The position numbers were made by a program, and so were the translations under genes. Source: Candidatus Daviesbacteria bacterium GW2011_GWA1_41_61 (GTDB lineage: Bacteria > Patescibacteriota > Microgenomatia > Daviesbacterales > UBA10151). Taken from it: a DNA stretch of 64,000 bases. Shown here piece after piece: positions 16,717 to 26,312 of this stretch; positions within the stretch are counted from its first letter, which is position 1, and the number at the start of each line of letters is the position of its first letter. The DNA lies in contig LCBT01000001.1 in NCBI GenBank assembly GCA_000997385.1, positions 49,707 through 113,706 of the forward strand, in the 5' to 3' direction. Under the pieces are notes generated by a model, which did not search any database, had not been told where the DNA came from, and saw only the letters and a program-made list of their open reading frames with translations.

Positions 16717-17782
16717 AATTTTTCCTTATATTTTTATTTCTAACTAAATACATTAAGTTCTGGTAGAATTTATTGTAACTATTCGCAGTTATGTAAGGTA
16801 ATAATTTACCTTTTATCAAAGTTTGGGCGACTCCTCCTTTGCTGGTTACTACAATCGGAAGAGAACACGACATCGCTTCTAATGAAACCATGGCAAAAGG
16901 TTCGTTCCATATAGAAGGTAATATAAAAATGTCTGATAATTGGTAATATTTTATTAATTCTTCCTGAGGAATTGCTCCAAGTAATACTACGGTTTTATTC
17001 TCTATATAAAGCTGTAGTTCACGTCCTAAATATTCTTTTAATGACCCATCTCCTGCAATAAAGAATTTAATTTTTTGATCCGCTGTTTGGCACTGTTTCA
17101 CTAACTTTGGTAACCATTTAACACCCTTTTCTTCTATTAGCCTTCCAGCAAATAACACCACCACATCTTCGTGACTGAGATCGTAATCTTTTCTGTATTT
17201 GTTATATAATTTTGGGTCCATTCTGAATTTATTTATATCCACGCCGGTTGACGCTATATTTATTTTTTGTTTCCCTACTCCCACCATTTTAACTATATCG
17301 TTAACTATAGTTTCTGAATCTGTTGCAAAGCCATCCAGTTTTTGTGCAACTTTTAAGAAATCAGTCATAGTTTGATTACCCTTAGATTCATGTGTTTCGC
17401 TGCCATGGCAAGTACCAATGGTTTTAAATTTACCAAAGTTTTTTGCGAATAATGCCGGTATTGGTGATACAAGCAGGTGTTGAACGTTTACAACATCTAA
17501 ATTAACGTTACGGTCAAGAGATAGCAAAGCTTTAGTGTAAACGGAAATGGTATCATTCAATTGATTTGCATCAAGAAAACAGTTTTTCCAGCTACCAAAT
17601 GGTTCTGTATCTAATTGAATCATTTTGGCATACTGTAAATGAACTAGCTTATTTGGTGTATCCGCAATTATATAAACTTCATGACCTCTCTGAGCTAGAG
17701 CCTCTCCTAATTCGCGTGTGTACAAGCAACTCCCTGCTGGCTTATCTAACCCCATATTGAAAAGTAATAAAGCTATCTTCAT
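16628..17782 (-). CDS. Glycosyltransferase family 4 (GT-B)
   Basis: GT4 signature NEPFAMVSLEAMSCSLPIVVTSKGG. Confidence 0.8.
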   Translation of the reverse strand: MKIALLLFNMGLDKPAGSCLYTRELGEALAQRGHEVYIIADTPNKLVHLQYAKMIQLDTEPFGSWKNCFLDANQLNDTISVYTKALLSLDRNVNLDVVNVQHLLVSPIPALFAKNFGKFKTIGTCHGSETHESKGNQTMTDFLKVAQKLDGFATDSETIVNDIVKMVGVGKQKINIASTGVDINKFRMDPKLYNKYRKDYDLSHEDVVVLFAGRLIEEKGVKWLPKLVKQCQTADQKIKFFIAGDGSLKEYLGRELQLYIENKTVVLLGAIPQEELIKYYQLSDIFILPSIWNEPFAMVSLEAMSCSLPIVVTSKGGVAQTLIKGKLLPYITANSYNKFYQNLMYLVRNKNIRKNFGNNLRKFIEENYSWQAVAKKFEKIYECL

Positions 17783-17786
17783 TTGT

Positions 17787-18215
17787 TTACTTCCTTTCTC
17801 CTAATACTTCCGGTATTAAAGTGAGTATATCTCTTTCTAATTCTTCTGGAGTTGCGGAACCATGAATTGCATTATATAAATAGTTTTCCGCATAAAGACC
17901 CCTCAAACCAGCCCCTTCCCTATTACTAAGTTTAGTATAACCTATGAGATTTCTTGTTCTTTGTATGGCATTTTCACCCTTTAGAAGCAAGACCTCCGAT
18001 TCTCCAGATGTTAGATAACTTTCAATTAAAGGCATAAGATGTCTTTCTCTCAATTTACCAGTTATTGTACGAGCTTGTTCCATAGTTAATTGAAGGATCT
18101 TTTTATATATTATTTCTAATCCAGCATCAATAAAGGCTTGTTCTATCACCGGAGCCAAACCTTTATTCATAGTATCTGGTTTAATCATCGCTAATGTTAA
18201 TTCATGCTCGCTCAT
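17787..18215 (-). CDS. ndk: Nucleoside diphosphate kinase
   Basis: LTLAMIKPD N-terminal motif and active-site histidine motif NAIHGS. Length 142 aa. Confidence 0.8.
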   Translation of the reverse strand: MSEHELTLAMIKPDTMNKGLAPVIEQAFIDAGLEIIYKKILQLTMEQARTITGKLRERHLMPLIESYLTSGESEVLLLKGENAIQRTRNLIGYTKLSNREGAGLRGLYAENYLYNAIHGSATPEELERDILTLIPEVLGERK

Positions 18216-18341
18216 AACTTAGTATTATAGGATAACGTACGTTTATTGTAAAATTGCCGATCGTTGACCTTATTTCATAAGGTCAACTGGGTGTTTTGTA
18301 TGGTCCATTTAATAAATGGATAGGATCAAAAAAGATAATTT

Positions 18342-18725
18342 ATGATAAAAGCGATTTTTGGGAAAATAGGAGGAGTCTTAATATTGAGCAGGCGAAAACA
18401 AGTTTTAGAGGATTGGTCAAAGAAATTCAACATAACTTCAGATTATTTGGTTAAAGTTGAGGCAAAACAAATAGATATAAGGTTAGTAACCAATAGAGTG
18501 GTATATTTTCTTGAACACCTGGGGAAAGGATTGTTGGGAATACCCGATCCTATTAAAAGAGCTGCAGCTTGGAGCACTGTTTTTACTGAACCACCAACCT
18601 ATGAAGATTTAGTTTCTAGAACCGCGAGATTACGCAGTCACATCAAGCTAATCTCCAAGGCCAAAAATGCCAAATCTCTTACAGTGGGCTCACCAGGACT
18701 CGAACCTGGGGCCTTTGCAATGTGA
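18342..18725 (+). CDS. Hypothetical ORF (127 aa), doubtful
   Basis: Open frame only. Its last ~40 nt run antisense through tRNA-Val, and it contains the 13-mer TCTTGAACACCTG that is also found in intergenic motif A. It may instead be non-coding. Confidence 0.25.
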   Translation: MIKAIFGKIGGVLILSRRKQVLEDWSKKFNITSDYLVKVEAKQIDIRLVTNRVVYFLEHLGKGLLGIPDPIKRAAAWSTVFTEPPTYEDLVSRTARLRSHIKLISKAKNAKSLTVGSPGLEPGAFAM

Positions 18726-18758
18726 ATGCAACGCTCTAACCAACTGAGCTATGAGCCC
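18685..18758 (-). tRNA. tRNA-Val (anticodon CAC)
   Basis: Reverse complement folds as acceptor GGGCTCA/TGAGCCC, anticodon stem TTGCA/TGCAA with loop TTCACAT, T-arm CCAGG-TTCGAGT-CCTGG, discriminator A. Confidence 0.8.
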
Positions 18759-18820
18759 AACAACACATTTTACCATCATACCTCTTGTCTTACAAACCTA
18801 ATCATTAGATAATATTAAGT

Positions 18821-19432
18821 ATGGATAATAATCTAAACCCTTATAGTTTAGAGTTTGACCCTGAAGGCCAGTCTTTGGGGGACAGAATAAAAAATAACTT
18901 AGTTGAACTTATTGAATTTATCGCCATTATCGGCGCTATTTTAGTAGTAGTGAGATTTTTTGTAGCTGAACCTCATAAAGTCTCCGGAAGCTCAATGGTT
19001 CCTAACTTCCACGATGGAGACTATATTATTACCAATAAAGTAGCCACCCAAATTTCCCAGCCCCAAAGAGGAGAGGTAATCATTCTAAAAAACCCCCGCA
19101 ATATGGATCAAGTCTTTATCAAAAGAGTCATTGGTTTACCAGGAGACCGGGTTATGGTAAGCGGAGGTAAGGTCTATATTAACGGGCAACCCACAGCGGA
19201 ACTCTATTTACCAAAAGGCACTAGGACTTATGGGGGAGCATCTCTCTCTGAAGGTGAGGAGCTGACGGTTCCTCAAGGCCGTTACTTTATAATGGGGGAT
19301 AACCGGGGAGGAAGCTCTGATTCCCGGGAATGGGGTACCATTGGTAAGGACTTAGTAGTAGGCCAAGCTTGGCTCAGATATTGGCCTCCTCAACAGTTTA
19401 CCCTCATTCAAGTGGACAAACCTTCCAGCTAA
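18821..19432 (+). CDS. lepB: Signal peptidase I
   Basis: Box B SGSSMVPNF (catalytic Ser), box D VIGLPGDRV, box E GDNRGGSSDSREWG. N-terminal TM helix. Confidence 0.85.
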   Translation: MDNNLNPYSLEFDPEGQSLGDRIKNNLVELIEFIAIIGAILVVVRFFVAEPHKVSGSSMVPNFHDGDYIITNKVATQISQPQRGEVIILKNPRNMDQVFIKRVIGLPGDRVMVSGGKVYINGQPTAELYLPKGTRTYGGASLSEGEELTVPQGRYFIMGDNRGGSSDSREWGTIGKDLVVGQAWLRYWPPQQFTLIQVDKPSS

Positions 19433-19455
19433 AAACTTAAGAAAGATCAGATAAT

Positions 19456-20307
19456 CTAGGCGGCACGGAAGTAGTTATTAATGGCTTCAGTGATCATCCT
19501 CATCATCTCGCTGGTTTTATCAGGTTCACCTGGTAACTTAATTTCCAGTTTGGCCTCATTACCTTTAAGGACATATTTAACTGCTGCTCTTCTCTCCTCT
19601 ACCGAAAGAGCATTGGCTAGACTCTCCTGAATCCGGTCAACTTCCTCACTAATAATATGAGTATCAGGCCTAACACCCTTGCCTACTCTAATCCCGTGGC
19701 GGGAACGCATTCTCCTAGCCAGTTCTTCCGCCCCCCTGACTGAAAGGTTTTTACGCAGCACTTCTTTATAGGCTTCAATAATTATATGAGGATCTTCTAA
19801 AGCAGCTAACGCCCTAACATGCCCTTCAGTTGTCTGCCCCGACATTAAAGCATCTTTTAAAGCATCCGGAAGGATTAACAAACGGATGGTATTGGAAATA
19901 TAAGCCGGACTTTTACCCACCCTCTGGGCAATATCAGCATTGGCCAATCCAAACTCATCCATCAGTCTCCGGTAAGCCTGAGCCCGTTCCAAAGGATTTA
20001 AATCCTGTCTTTGGACGTTCTCCACGATAGCCATCTCCAACATCCCTTGAGGAGAAGTTTCTTTAATAACTACCGGAACTCTGGTTAAACCGATGAGCTT
20101 GGAAGCCCTCCATCTTCTTTCTCCGGCAATAATCTGAAATCCAGCTGGAGTTTTAGCTATCACTAACGGTTCTAAAACACCATGCTCACGGATAGACTCA
20201 GCTAACTCGGCTAAAGATTCAGCCGTAATTAAACCACGGGGTTGCAAAGGATTAGGCTCAAGAAGGTTTATGTCCAATTCAAAGACCTGATCAATAGGAT
20301 TATCCAT
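19456..20307 (-). CDS. parB: ParB/Spo0J-family chromosome partitioning protein
   Basis: ParB box GVLEPLVIAKTPAGFQIIAGERRWRASKLIG and an HTH segment. No parA is adjacent. Confidence 0.8.
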   Translation of the reverse strand: MDNPIDQVFELDINLLEPNPLQPRGLITAESLAELAESIREHGVLEPLVIAKTPAGFQIIAGERRWRASKLIGLTRVPVVIKETSPQGMLEMAIVENVQRQDLNPLERAQAYRRLMDEFGLANADIAQRVGKSPAYISNTIRLLILPDALKDALMSGQTTEGHVRALAALEDPHIIIEAYKEVLRKNLSVRGAEELARRMRSRHGIRVGKGVRPDTHIISEEVDRIQESLANALSVEERRAAVKYVLKGNEAKLEIKLPGEPDKTSEMMRMITEAINNYFRAA

Positions 20308-20548
20308 GCACTTTAACGATCTGACGACCTTTTCTTCTGGTAAATTCTACTTGTCCTTCAGTTACTGCATAGATGGTAAAATCATTGCCTCTTTTGGTCC
20401 CTTCTCCGTCATTAAAATGAGTGCCTTTCTGGCGGATAATAATATTTCCTGACGTCACCATTTCCCCACCAAAACGTTTGACTCCCAATCTTTTGGAAAC
20501 AGAATCCCGATTAGTTTTAGTTGTTCCGCCTGCTTTTGTATGAGCCAC
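20300..20548 (-). CDS. rpmA: 50S ribosomal protein L27
   Basis: MAHTKAGGTTKTNRDSVSKRLGVKRFGGE...IIIRQKGT matches the L27 consensus. Confidence 0.9.
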   Translation of the reverse strand: MAHTKAGGTTKTNRDSVSKRLGVKRFGGEMVTSGNIIIRQKGTHFNDGEGTKRGNDFTIYAVTEGQVEFTRRKGRQIVKVHG

Positions 20549-20597
20549 GTTTTTTATCCTACCTTTCTGCCTCTATAATCCTTAAGGATAAAAAAGG

Positions 20598-20653
20598 CAA
20601 GGTTCTGATGTCTGAACTGTAAAATATTAGATACAGCGAAGACATCAGGTCCT
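20598..20653. other. Intercistronic stem-loop between rplU and rpmA (CTGATGTCT ... AGACATCAG, 9-bp stem extended by AGG/CCT)
   Basis: Inverted repeat read directly from the 137-nt gap between the two ribosomal protein genes. Confidence 0.3.
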
Positions 20654-20685
20654 TATAGTTAGTTTAACTTCTGTGAAAAGAATTG

Positions 20686-21015
20686 TCAATCTTTATTATT
20701 TTTCACGGGTTTACCTTCTTCTGCTAATCTTATCCTACTGACTTCCCGACGGGAGCCTATCACTCTCCGGTAGTTAGCCTTAGCCTTATAAGTAGCAACT
20801 CTAACTTTTGGTTTCTTTAGATGTTCCAAAACTTCAAAACCAACACTCTTTTTAAGATAGGGCTTGCCAACTTCTACTTTAGAATCATCTACCGCCAATA
20901 AAACTTTATCCACTACCAGGGTTTTAATATCTTCAGACAACTTATCCACTTCCACCACTTCATGGGGTTTAACCAGATATTGCCTTCCTCCTATTTGACA
21001 GACTAGGTATTGCAT
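20686..21015 (-). CDS. rplU: 50S ribosomal protein L21
   Basis: MQYLVCQIGGRQYLVKPHEVVEVDKL matches the L21 N-terminus. The start is taken at the internal ATG 21013-21015 rather than the ORF-track start at 21063, which would overlap rodA. Confidence 0.8.
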   Translation of the reverse strand: MQYLVCQIGGRQYLVKPHEVVEVDKLSEDIKTLVVDKVLLAVDDSKVEVGKPYLKKSVGFEVLEHLKKPKVRVATYKAKANYRRVIGSRREVSRIRLAEEGKPVKNNKD

Positions 21016-21040
21016 ATGACAAATTTTACCCTGAGTAGGC

Positions 21041-22120
21041 TTAAGTGTCAATGGAAGGAACATGCCTTATTCCAAATCTGGCTACTGAAACGATAAAGCT
21101 TAAAGAGATGAGGGTTGAAATCAAAGAGCTCCCCCCATAAGAGAGAAGCGGCAAAGTGATGCCGGTGACCGGTAAGGAGCCAATGTTCATACCAATGTTG
21201 ACCACAATTTGGAAAAACAGCATCCCTAATACCCCAAAGATTAATAAACTGCCAAACCTTTCATGACTAAGCCTGATGATGATCAAACTCCGGAAAATCA
21301 GAGTTCCATACAAAGCCAGCACTATCAGTGAACCCAAAAAACCAAACTCTTCCGCCATGGAGGCAAACATAAAGTCAGTCCGGTATTCAGGTAAAAAACG
21401 CAACCTTGACTGGGTACCATGACCCAAACCCCTTCCCCAAAAACTACCCGAACCCACAGCAATTTTTGATTGAATAACATTATAGCCTGTCCCCAAAGGA
21501 TCTTGATCAGGAGAGATAAAACTCATAATTCTCATCTTTTGGTAGTCTTTTAAAAAGAGCCACCCTAAAGGGGTTAGTACTGAGGAAACCAAACCCATAG
21601 CTAAAAGTTTCAGCCAAGAAATATTTGCTCCTACAACCATCATGAGCCAAATCATACCTAAGGTTAGAGAGGTTCCTAAATCTGGTTGTTTAAATACCAA
21701 AGCCAAAAAAGGGAGAACTATCAAGCAACTTTTAAGAATATTTTTCCAAGAAGGCAAGTGGGTTACCCAAAAGTTAGCTAAAAAGATTATTAGCACTGGC
21801 TTGGCCATCTCTGAAGGTTGAATTTGTACCGGACCAAGAGGGATCCACCGGAGCGATCCTCGTGTCTCAATGCCTAAAATAAAAACGATAACCAAAAGCA
21901 CCAAGGTTATAATATATAAATAAAGGGCATAATGTTGATAGTAGTGATAGTCTACAGAAGACAGAAACCAATAAATCAATAAGCCAATTAAAGCAATCAA
22001 GGTTTGTTGTAAAGCCAGCTGAGGGTCAGAGGAGTAAATTACTAAGATACCCAAAGAAAGCAGAAAAATAATTGGCAGGGTAATTAACAAATCAGGAATC
22101 AAGCTTATCCTTTGGCCCAT
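21041..22120 (-). CDS. rodA: SEDS-family peptidoglycan glycosyltransferase (RodA-like)
   Basis: 10-TM SEDS protein with GSGSFWGRGLGHGTQSRLRFLPEYRTDFMFASMAEEFGFLGS. Called RodA rather than FtsW because a second SEDS gene sits next to murG in the dcw cluster. Confidence 0.7.
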   Translation of the reverse strand: MGQRISLIPDLLITLPIIFLLSLGILVIYSSDPQLALQQTLIALIGLLIYWFLSSVDYHYYQHYALYLYIITLVLLVIVFILGIETRGSLRWIPLGPVQIQPSEMAKPVLIIFLANFWVTHLPSWKNILKSCLIVLPFLALVFKQPDLGTSLTLGMIWLMMVVGANISWLKLLAMGLVSSVLTPLGWLFLKDYQKMRIMSFISPDQDPLGTGYNVIQSKIAVGSGSFWGRGLGHGTQSRLRFLPEYRTDFMFASMAEEFGFLGSLIVLALYGTLIFRSLIIIRLSHERFGSLLIFGVLGMLFFQIVVNIGMNIGSLPVTGITLPLLSYGGSSLISTLISLSFIVSVARFGIRHVPSIDT

Positions 22121-22128
22121 TTTTTACT

Positions 22129-25038
22129 TTAAAGAACCTCAATCTTTAGTTGATCCCCATAAGTCAGATCAACGCTATTGGTTTGGCTTAAAACCATTTG
22201 AAACAGCTGTTTATCTTCAGGGATAAAAGGTGAGACAACTCTAACTTTGTCCTTTAAAGTCAACCCGGCTTCTTTTCTTTGCTGTTGGATCTGCCTAATT
22301 AACTCCCTGGCCTCACCTTCAGATTGAAGAGAAGGAGTAATATTTGTATCTAATTTACCTTGAGGCTCTTTTTCTGAAGACTTTTGGTATTCAACTTTCT
22401 TGACATTCAATTCATCCGCTAAAATCTTCTCCAGATCATCACTTAATTTTTCTGGTAAATAGTAAGTAAACATCTGTAAGGGTTGGCGAAGTTTGATACC
22501 GGCCTTTTTCCTTAAAGAATGCCCAATTTCTGCCAATTTTCTGACCTGATCCATATTCTTTATAAGTTGATCATCAATAAAAGCCTCATCTGATTGAGGA
22601 TAATCAGCCAGATGCACCGAAGTCTCACCTGTTAAGTTGCGGTACATCTCCTCAGCTACAAAAGGTATAAAAGGTGCCAAAAGTTTGCTTAAAGCCACAA
22701 AAATATGGTAAGCAGTATTTAAAAAGACCTCCTGATCTTCTGGGTTAGCAGCCGCCCCCACCCGATCCCTGGATCTTCTGATATACCAAGTAGACAAGTC
22801 ACTCACCACAAAGTCCTCAATCGCCCGGGAAGAAGTCATCGCATCATACTTTTCTAAATTTTTATTTACCAATAAAGCTAACTGATTCAATTTAGCTACA
22901 ATCCATCGGTCTAAAATTGTGAGTTTTACAGTGTCCAGATTCTTCTTTTTTGTTATCTCCCACTCAGACAAGAGGGCATATTCAACAAAAAATTTATAAC
23001 AGTTCCATAATATTAAATAAAACCTTCTTCTAACTTCATCAGCAACATTGAAACCAAAATGTAAATTATGTTCTGGATTTTGAGTAACATAAAGCCACCT
23101 CATCACATCAACTCCAATCTTGTCTGCAGCCTCATTAAATTCAATAGCATTGCCCTTAGATTTATGCATCTCTTCCCCCCTTTCATCCATCACCATGGCA
23201 TGTCCAAGTAGGTTTTCAAAAGGATTAGTCTTTTTTAAAGCCGTACTCATAGCAATCATGGAGTAAAACCAATTCTTAAACTGACCCGGGAAAGCTTCAG
23301 TGACAAAGTCTGCCGGAAACCAGTCCTCAGGAAGTGTCGAAAAAGGCACAATTCCGGCATCTAACCAAGGGTTGCCTACGTCAGGGATTCTGGAAGTTAA
23401 TTCCCCGCAGTTACCGCATTTAATCTTTATTTCATCAATCCAGGGTTTATGGGGAGAATGACCTTCAAACTTTTCCCAACCCTCTAAAGCTTTCTCCTTC
23501 AACTCCTCTTTACTACCCACCGTCTCAAAATGCCCGCATTTTAGGCACTCCCAAATAGGTAAAGCTAAACCCCAATATCTCTTTTTAGAGATTAGCCAAT
23601 CGTGCATATTTTTTAACCAATCTAGCTCTCGATCTAATCCCCACTTAGGAAGCCAAATAATTTTTTTTGCTACCTCTATCATTTGTTCTCTATAAGTTTG
23701 ACCTGACTCATCTTTCCTATCCATCTCAATGTACCATTCATCAACAACTCTCCATACAAGTTCCGTTTGACATCTCCAACAAGTAGGATAACGGTGAGTA
23801 TAAGGCACGACATCAAACAAAAATTTTCCTTCTTGACAGCTTTTTAGAAAATCAATAATTAATTCTGGGTTATTCTTGGCATTTTTCCCTGAAAAATCAT
23901 CCATACCATCTAAATAATTTGCTCCCTCATCAATCACTTCAATGATAGGTAACTTATTTTTCTTACCCAACTGGAAATCTTCAGATCCTGCACCAGGAGC
24001 AATGTGAACTAACCCAGTGCCTTCTTCGTCAATAACCGGTAAGATAACAGGATCTGTAGCGATAACCTGATGTTGATAACCAGAAAGTGCTTTTTGAACA
24101 CGAGGCAAATGATCAAATGGAGAGCTATACTCTAAACCCACCAACTCAAGACCCTTTAAGTTCTTCAAAATATCTAATTTTAATCTAGCCACTGCTTCTT
24201 TACCTAAGTAATAAATATTACCCTTAACCTTACCAGTTGCAGCCACATAATCTTTACCGGGATCTACAACCACAGCCACGTTGGCAGGAAGTGTCCAGGG
24301 AGTTGTAGTCCACACCAAAATGTATTCATTCTCTTTCCCCACTATTGGATACTCAACAAAAACTGAATCATGAGTTAACTCTTTATATTCTTCAGTTAAA
24401 ATTTCATGTTGAGAAATCGCTGTACCACATCTTGGACACCAAGGTACACTATCATATCCTTTATATAGCCAACCTTTTTCGTTTACCACTTTAAGGAAAT
24501 TCCAAATGGCATAATTATTCTGCTCAGAAGAGGTGTGATAAGAATGCTCCCAATCCATAAAGTATCCTAATCTTTTAGATTGTTCAGTTTGGATACTTGA
24601 GTACTTTTTGACTCTCTCCTTACAAAGATTGACGAACTTTTCAATTGAGGCAAATTTATCTCCAGGAATAAGATTTTCAATATCTTTTTTATCTTTTAAC
24701 CCTAAATCTTTCTCTACACCCACCTCTACCCAAAGTCCCTGCTCATCAAAACCATTCTGGAACCTCTGGGCAAAGCCCCGCATATTATAAAATCTCTGCC
24801 ACAGATCTTTATAAGTCCTTCCCCAGGCATGGTGAACACCCATGGGGTTATTAGCAGTTATTGGACCATCAAGGAAAGAAAATTTTTTGTCTGAAGAATC
24901 ATTTTTGTGAAGATATTTCTCCACAATTCCCTCTTTACCTTCTTCAGAAGGCAAGCTTTGCTTATACCAATAGTCTAAAAGTTCTCTCTCTAAAGCTGGA
25001 AAATCAACTTGTGATGAAACAAGCTTAAATCTTGTCAT
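22129..25038 (-). CDS. ileS: Isoleucine--tRNA ligase
   Basis: Class I aaRS with a HIGH-region variant PMGVHHAWG, KMSKS variant EMHKSKGN, and the IleRS-specific WTTTPWTLPANVAV and TGLVHIAPGAG segments. 969 aa. Confidence 0.85.
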   Translation of the reverse strand: MTRFKLVSSQVDFPALERELLDYWYKQSLPSEEGKEGIVEKYLHKNDSSDKKFSFLDGPITANNPMGVHHAWGRTYKDLWQRFYNMRGFAQRFQNGFDEQGLWVEVGVEKDLGLKDKKDIENLIPGDKFASIEKFVNLCKERVKKYSSIQTEQSKRLGYFMDWEHSYHTSSEQNNYAIWNFLKVVNEKGWLYKGYDSVPWCPRCGTAISQHEILTEEYKELTHDSVFVEYPIVGKENEYILVWTTTPWTLPANVAVVVDPGKDYVAATGKVKGNIYYLGKEAVARLKLDILKNLKGLELVGLEYSSPFDHLPRVQKALSGYQHQVIATDPVILPVIDEEGTGLVHIAPGAGSEDFQLGKKNKLPIIEVIDEGANYLDGMDDFSGKNAKNNPELIIDFLKSCQEGKFLFDVVPYTHRYPTCWRCQTELVWRVVDEWYIEMDRKDESGQTYREQMIEVAKKIIWLPKWGLDRELDWLKNMHDWLISKKRYWGLALPIWECLKCGHFETVGSKEELKEKALEGWEKFEGHSPHKPWIDEIKIKCGNCGELTSRIPDVGNPWLDAGIVPFSTLPEDWFPADFVTEAFPGQFKNWFYSMIAMSTALKKTNPFENLLGHAMVMDERGEEMHKSKGNAIEFNEAADKIGVDVMRWLYVTQNPEHNLHFGFNVADEVRRRFYLILWNCYKFFVEYALLSEWEITKKKNLDTVKLTILDRWIVAKLNQLALLVNKNLEKYDAMTSSRAIEDFVVSDLSTWYIRRSRDRVGAAANPEDQEVFLNTAYHIFVALSKLLAPFIPFVAEEMYRNLTGETSVHLADYPQSDEAFIDDQLIKNMDQVRKLAEIGHSLRKKAGIKLRQPLQMFTYYLPEKLSDDLEKILADELNVKKVEYQKSSEKEPQGKLDTNITPSLQSEGEARELIRQIQQQRKEAGLTLKDKVRVVSPFIPEDKQLFQMVLSQTNSVDLTYGDQLKIEVL

Positions 25039-25076
25039 ATGGCTAATTCTAACAGAAAAACTATCACGAGGCTAGA

Positions 25077-26243
25077 TTAGTTATTTCTTCTTAAAAAGGC
25101 GGGGATGTTAAAACGGGACTGCTCTTCATCATCCTCAGCTATAACTGGATCATCTGCCTGAGGAGATACCTGGGTATCATCTGAAGTACTGCTACTGCTG
25201 CTATAACTTCCTCCCAAACCTTTATTTAAATTAAGCTGAGGAATGGGGCTGGGAGCAGGACTACCCATAAACTCTCTAAATCTAGCCCTGGTACTATCAA
25301 AACCTGTAGCAATAACGGAAATCTTCAGCTGATCTATTTGATCCTCTTTAATAGTTGCCCCAAAGATAATATTGGCATCCGGGTCAGCAGCGGCAGAGAT
25401 AATCTTGGCAGCCTTATCCACCTCTTCCATGGTCAAATCATGACCACCAGTGATGTTGAAAAGAACTCCTTTGGCCCCTTCAATAGAAATTTCTAAAAGC
25501 GGTGAGGCAATGGCCATTCTGGCTGCCACCTCAGCCCTATTCTCTCCCCCTGCCTGCCCAATCCCCATTAAGGCTGAGCCGGCACTGGTCATAATGGTTC
25601 TAACATCAGCAAAATCAACGTTAATTAGGCCTGGAACAATAATTAAATCAGAGATTCCCTGTACTCCTTGACCTAAAACTGAATCCGCAGTCTTAAAAGC
25701 ATCCTGTAAGGTCATATTTTTATCAAAGACATCCAGCAGTCTTTGGTTAGGAATAACAATTAGGGCATCAACTTTGTCTTTGAGCTCTTCTAAGCCTTCT
25801 TCAGCGACTATCATTCTTCTAGTACCTTCAAAGTTGAATGGTTTAGTCACTACAGCCACCGTCAAAGCCCCAATCTTTTTAGAAATTGAAGCTGCAACGG
25901 AGATAGCTCCAGTTCCTGTGCCTCCTCCCATACCAGCAGTTAAAAAAACCATATCCGAATCTTTTAAAATATCCTCAATCTTCTGGGCTGATTCTTCAGC
26001 TGCCTGCTTACCAATGGAAGGATTACCTCCAGCTCCCAGACCCCGAGTTAAAGCTTCACCAATCTGAATTTTAGTAGGAGAGGGATGAGCTAAAAGGGCC
26101 TGGGCATCGGTATTAATAGCTATAAACTCAATACCTTGAATCTGCTGAAGGTTGATCATCGAAGATAAGGCATTACTGCCGCCACCGCCAATACCAATAA
26201 CTCTGATCTTAGCAAATTTCTGGACATCAGGCTTAATTAACAT
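25077..26243 (-). CDS. ftsZ: Cell division GTPase FtsZ
   Basis: Tubulin signature GGGTGTG ([13 protein letters not shown]) and N-terminal [10 protein letters not shown]. Confidence 0.95.
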   Translation of the reverse strand: MLIKPDVQKFAKIRVIGIGGGGSNALSSMINLQQIQGIEFIAINTDAQALLAHPSPTKIQIGEALTRGLGAGGNPSIGKQAAEESAQKIEDILKDSDMVFLTAGMGGGTGTGAISVAASISKKIGALTVAVVTKPFNFEGTRRMIVAEEGLEELKDKVDALIVIPNQRLLDVFDKNMTLQDAFKTADSVLGQGVQGISDLIIVPGLINVDFADVRTIMTSAGSALMGIGQAGGENRAEVAARMAIASPLLEISIEGAKGVLFNITGGHDLTMEEVDKAAKIISAAADPDANIIFGATIKEDQIDQLKISVIATGFDSTRARFREFMGSPAPSPIPQLNLNKGLGGSYSSSSSTSDDTQVSPQADDPVIAEDDEEQSRFNIPAFLRRNN

Positions 26244-26312
26244 AAACAGCTACTTTGGGCAGATTCTAACAATATTTTTTTATTTTGTCGAGTCCCCCTA
26301 CAATTACAAAAA

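Noticed and set aside
22129-25038. Alternative call of the 969-aa synthetase as ValRS
   Set aside because: The KMSKS variant (KSKGN) and the RFYNMRG segment resemble ValRS. However, WTTTPWTLPANVAV and TGLVHIAPGAG are IleRS-specific, and the T. thermophilus IleRS also has KMSKSKGN, so the IleRS call is kept.
25450-26067. Plus-strand ORFs antisense to ftsZ (25450-25671, 25774-26067)
   Set aside because: They sit inside the highly conserved ftsZ gene. Their Pro/Ala-rich translations are typical of the antisense strand of a Gly/Ala-rich gene.
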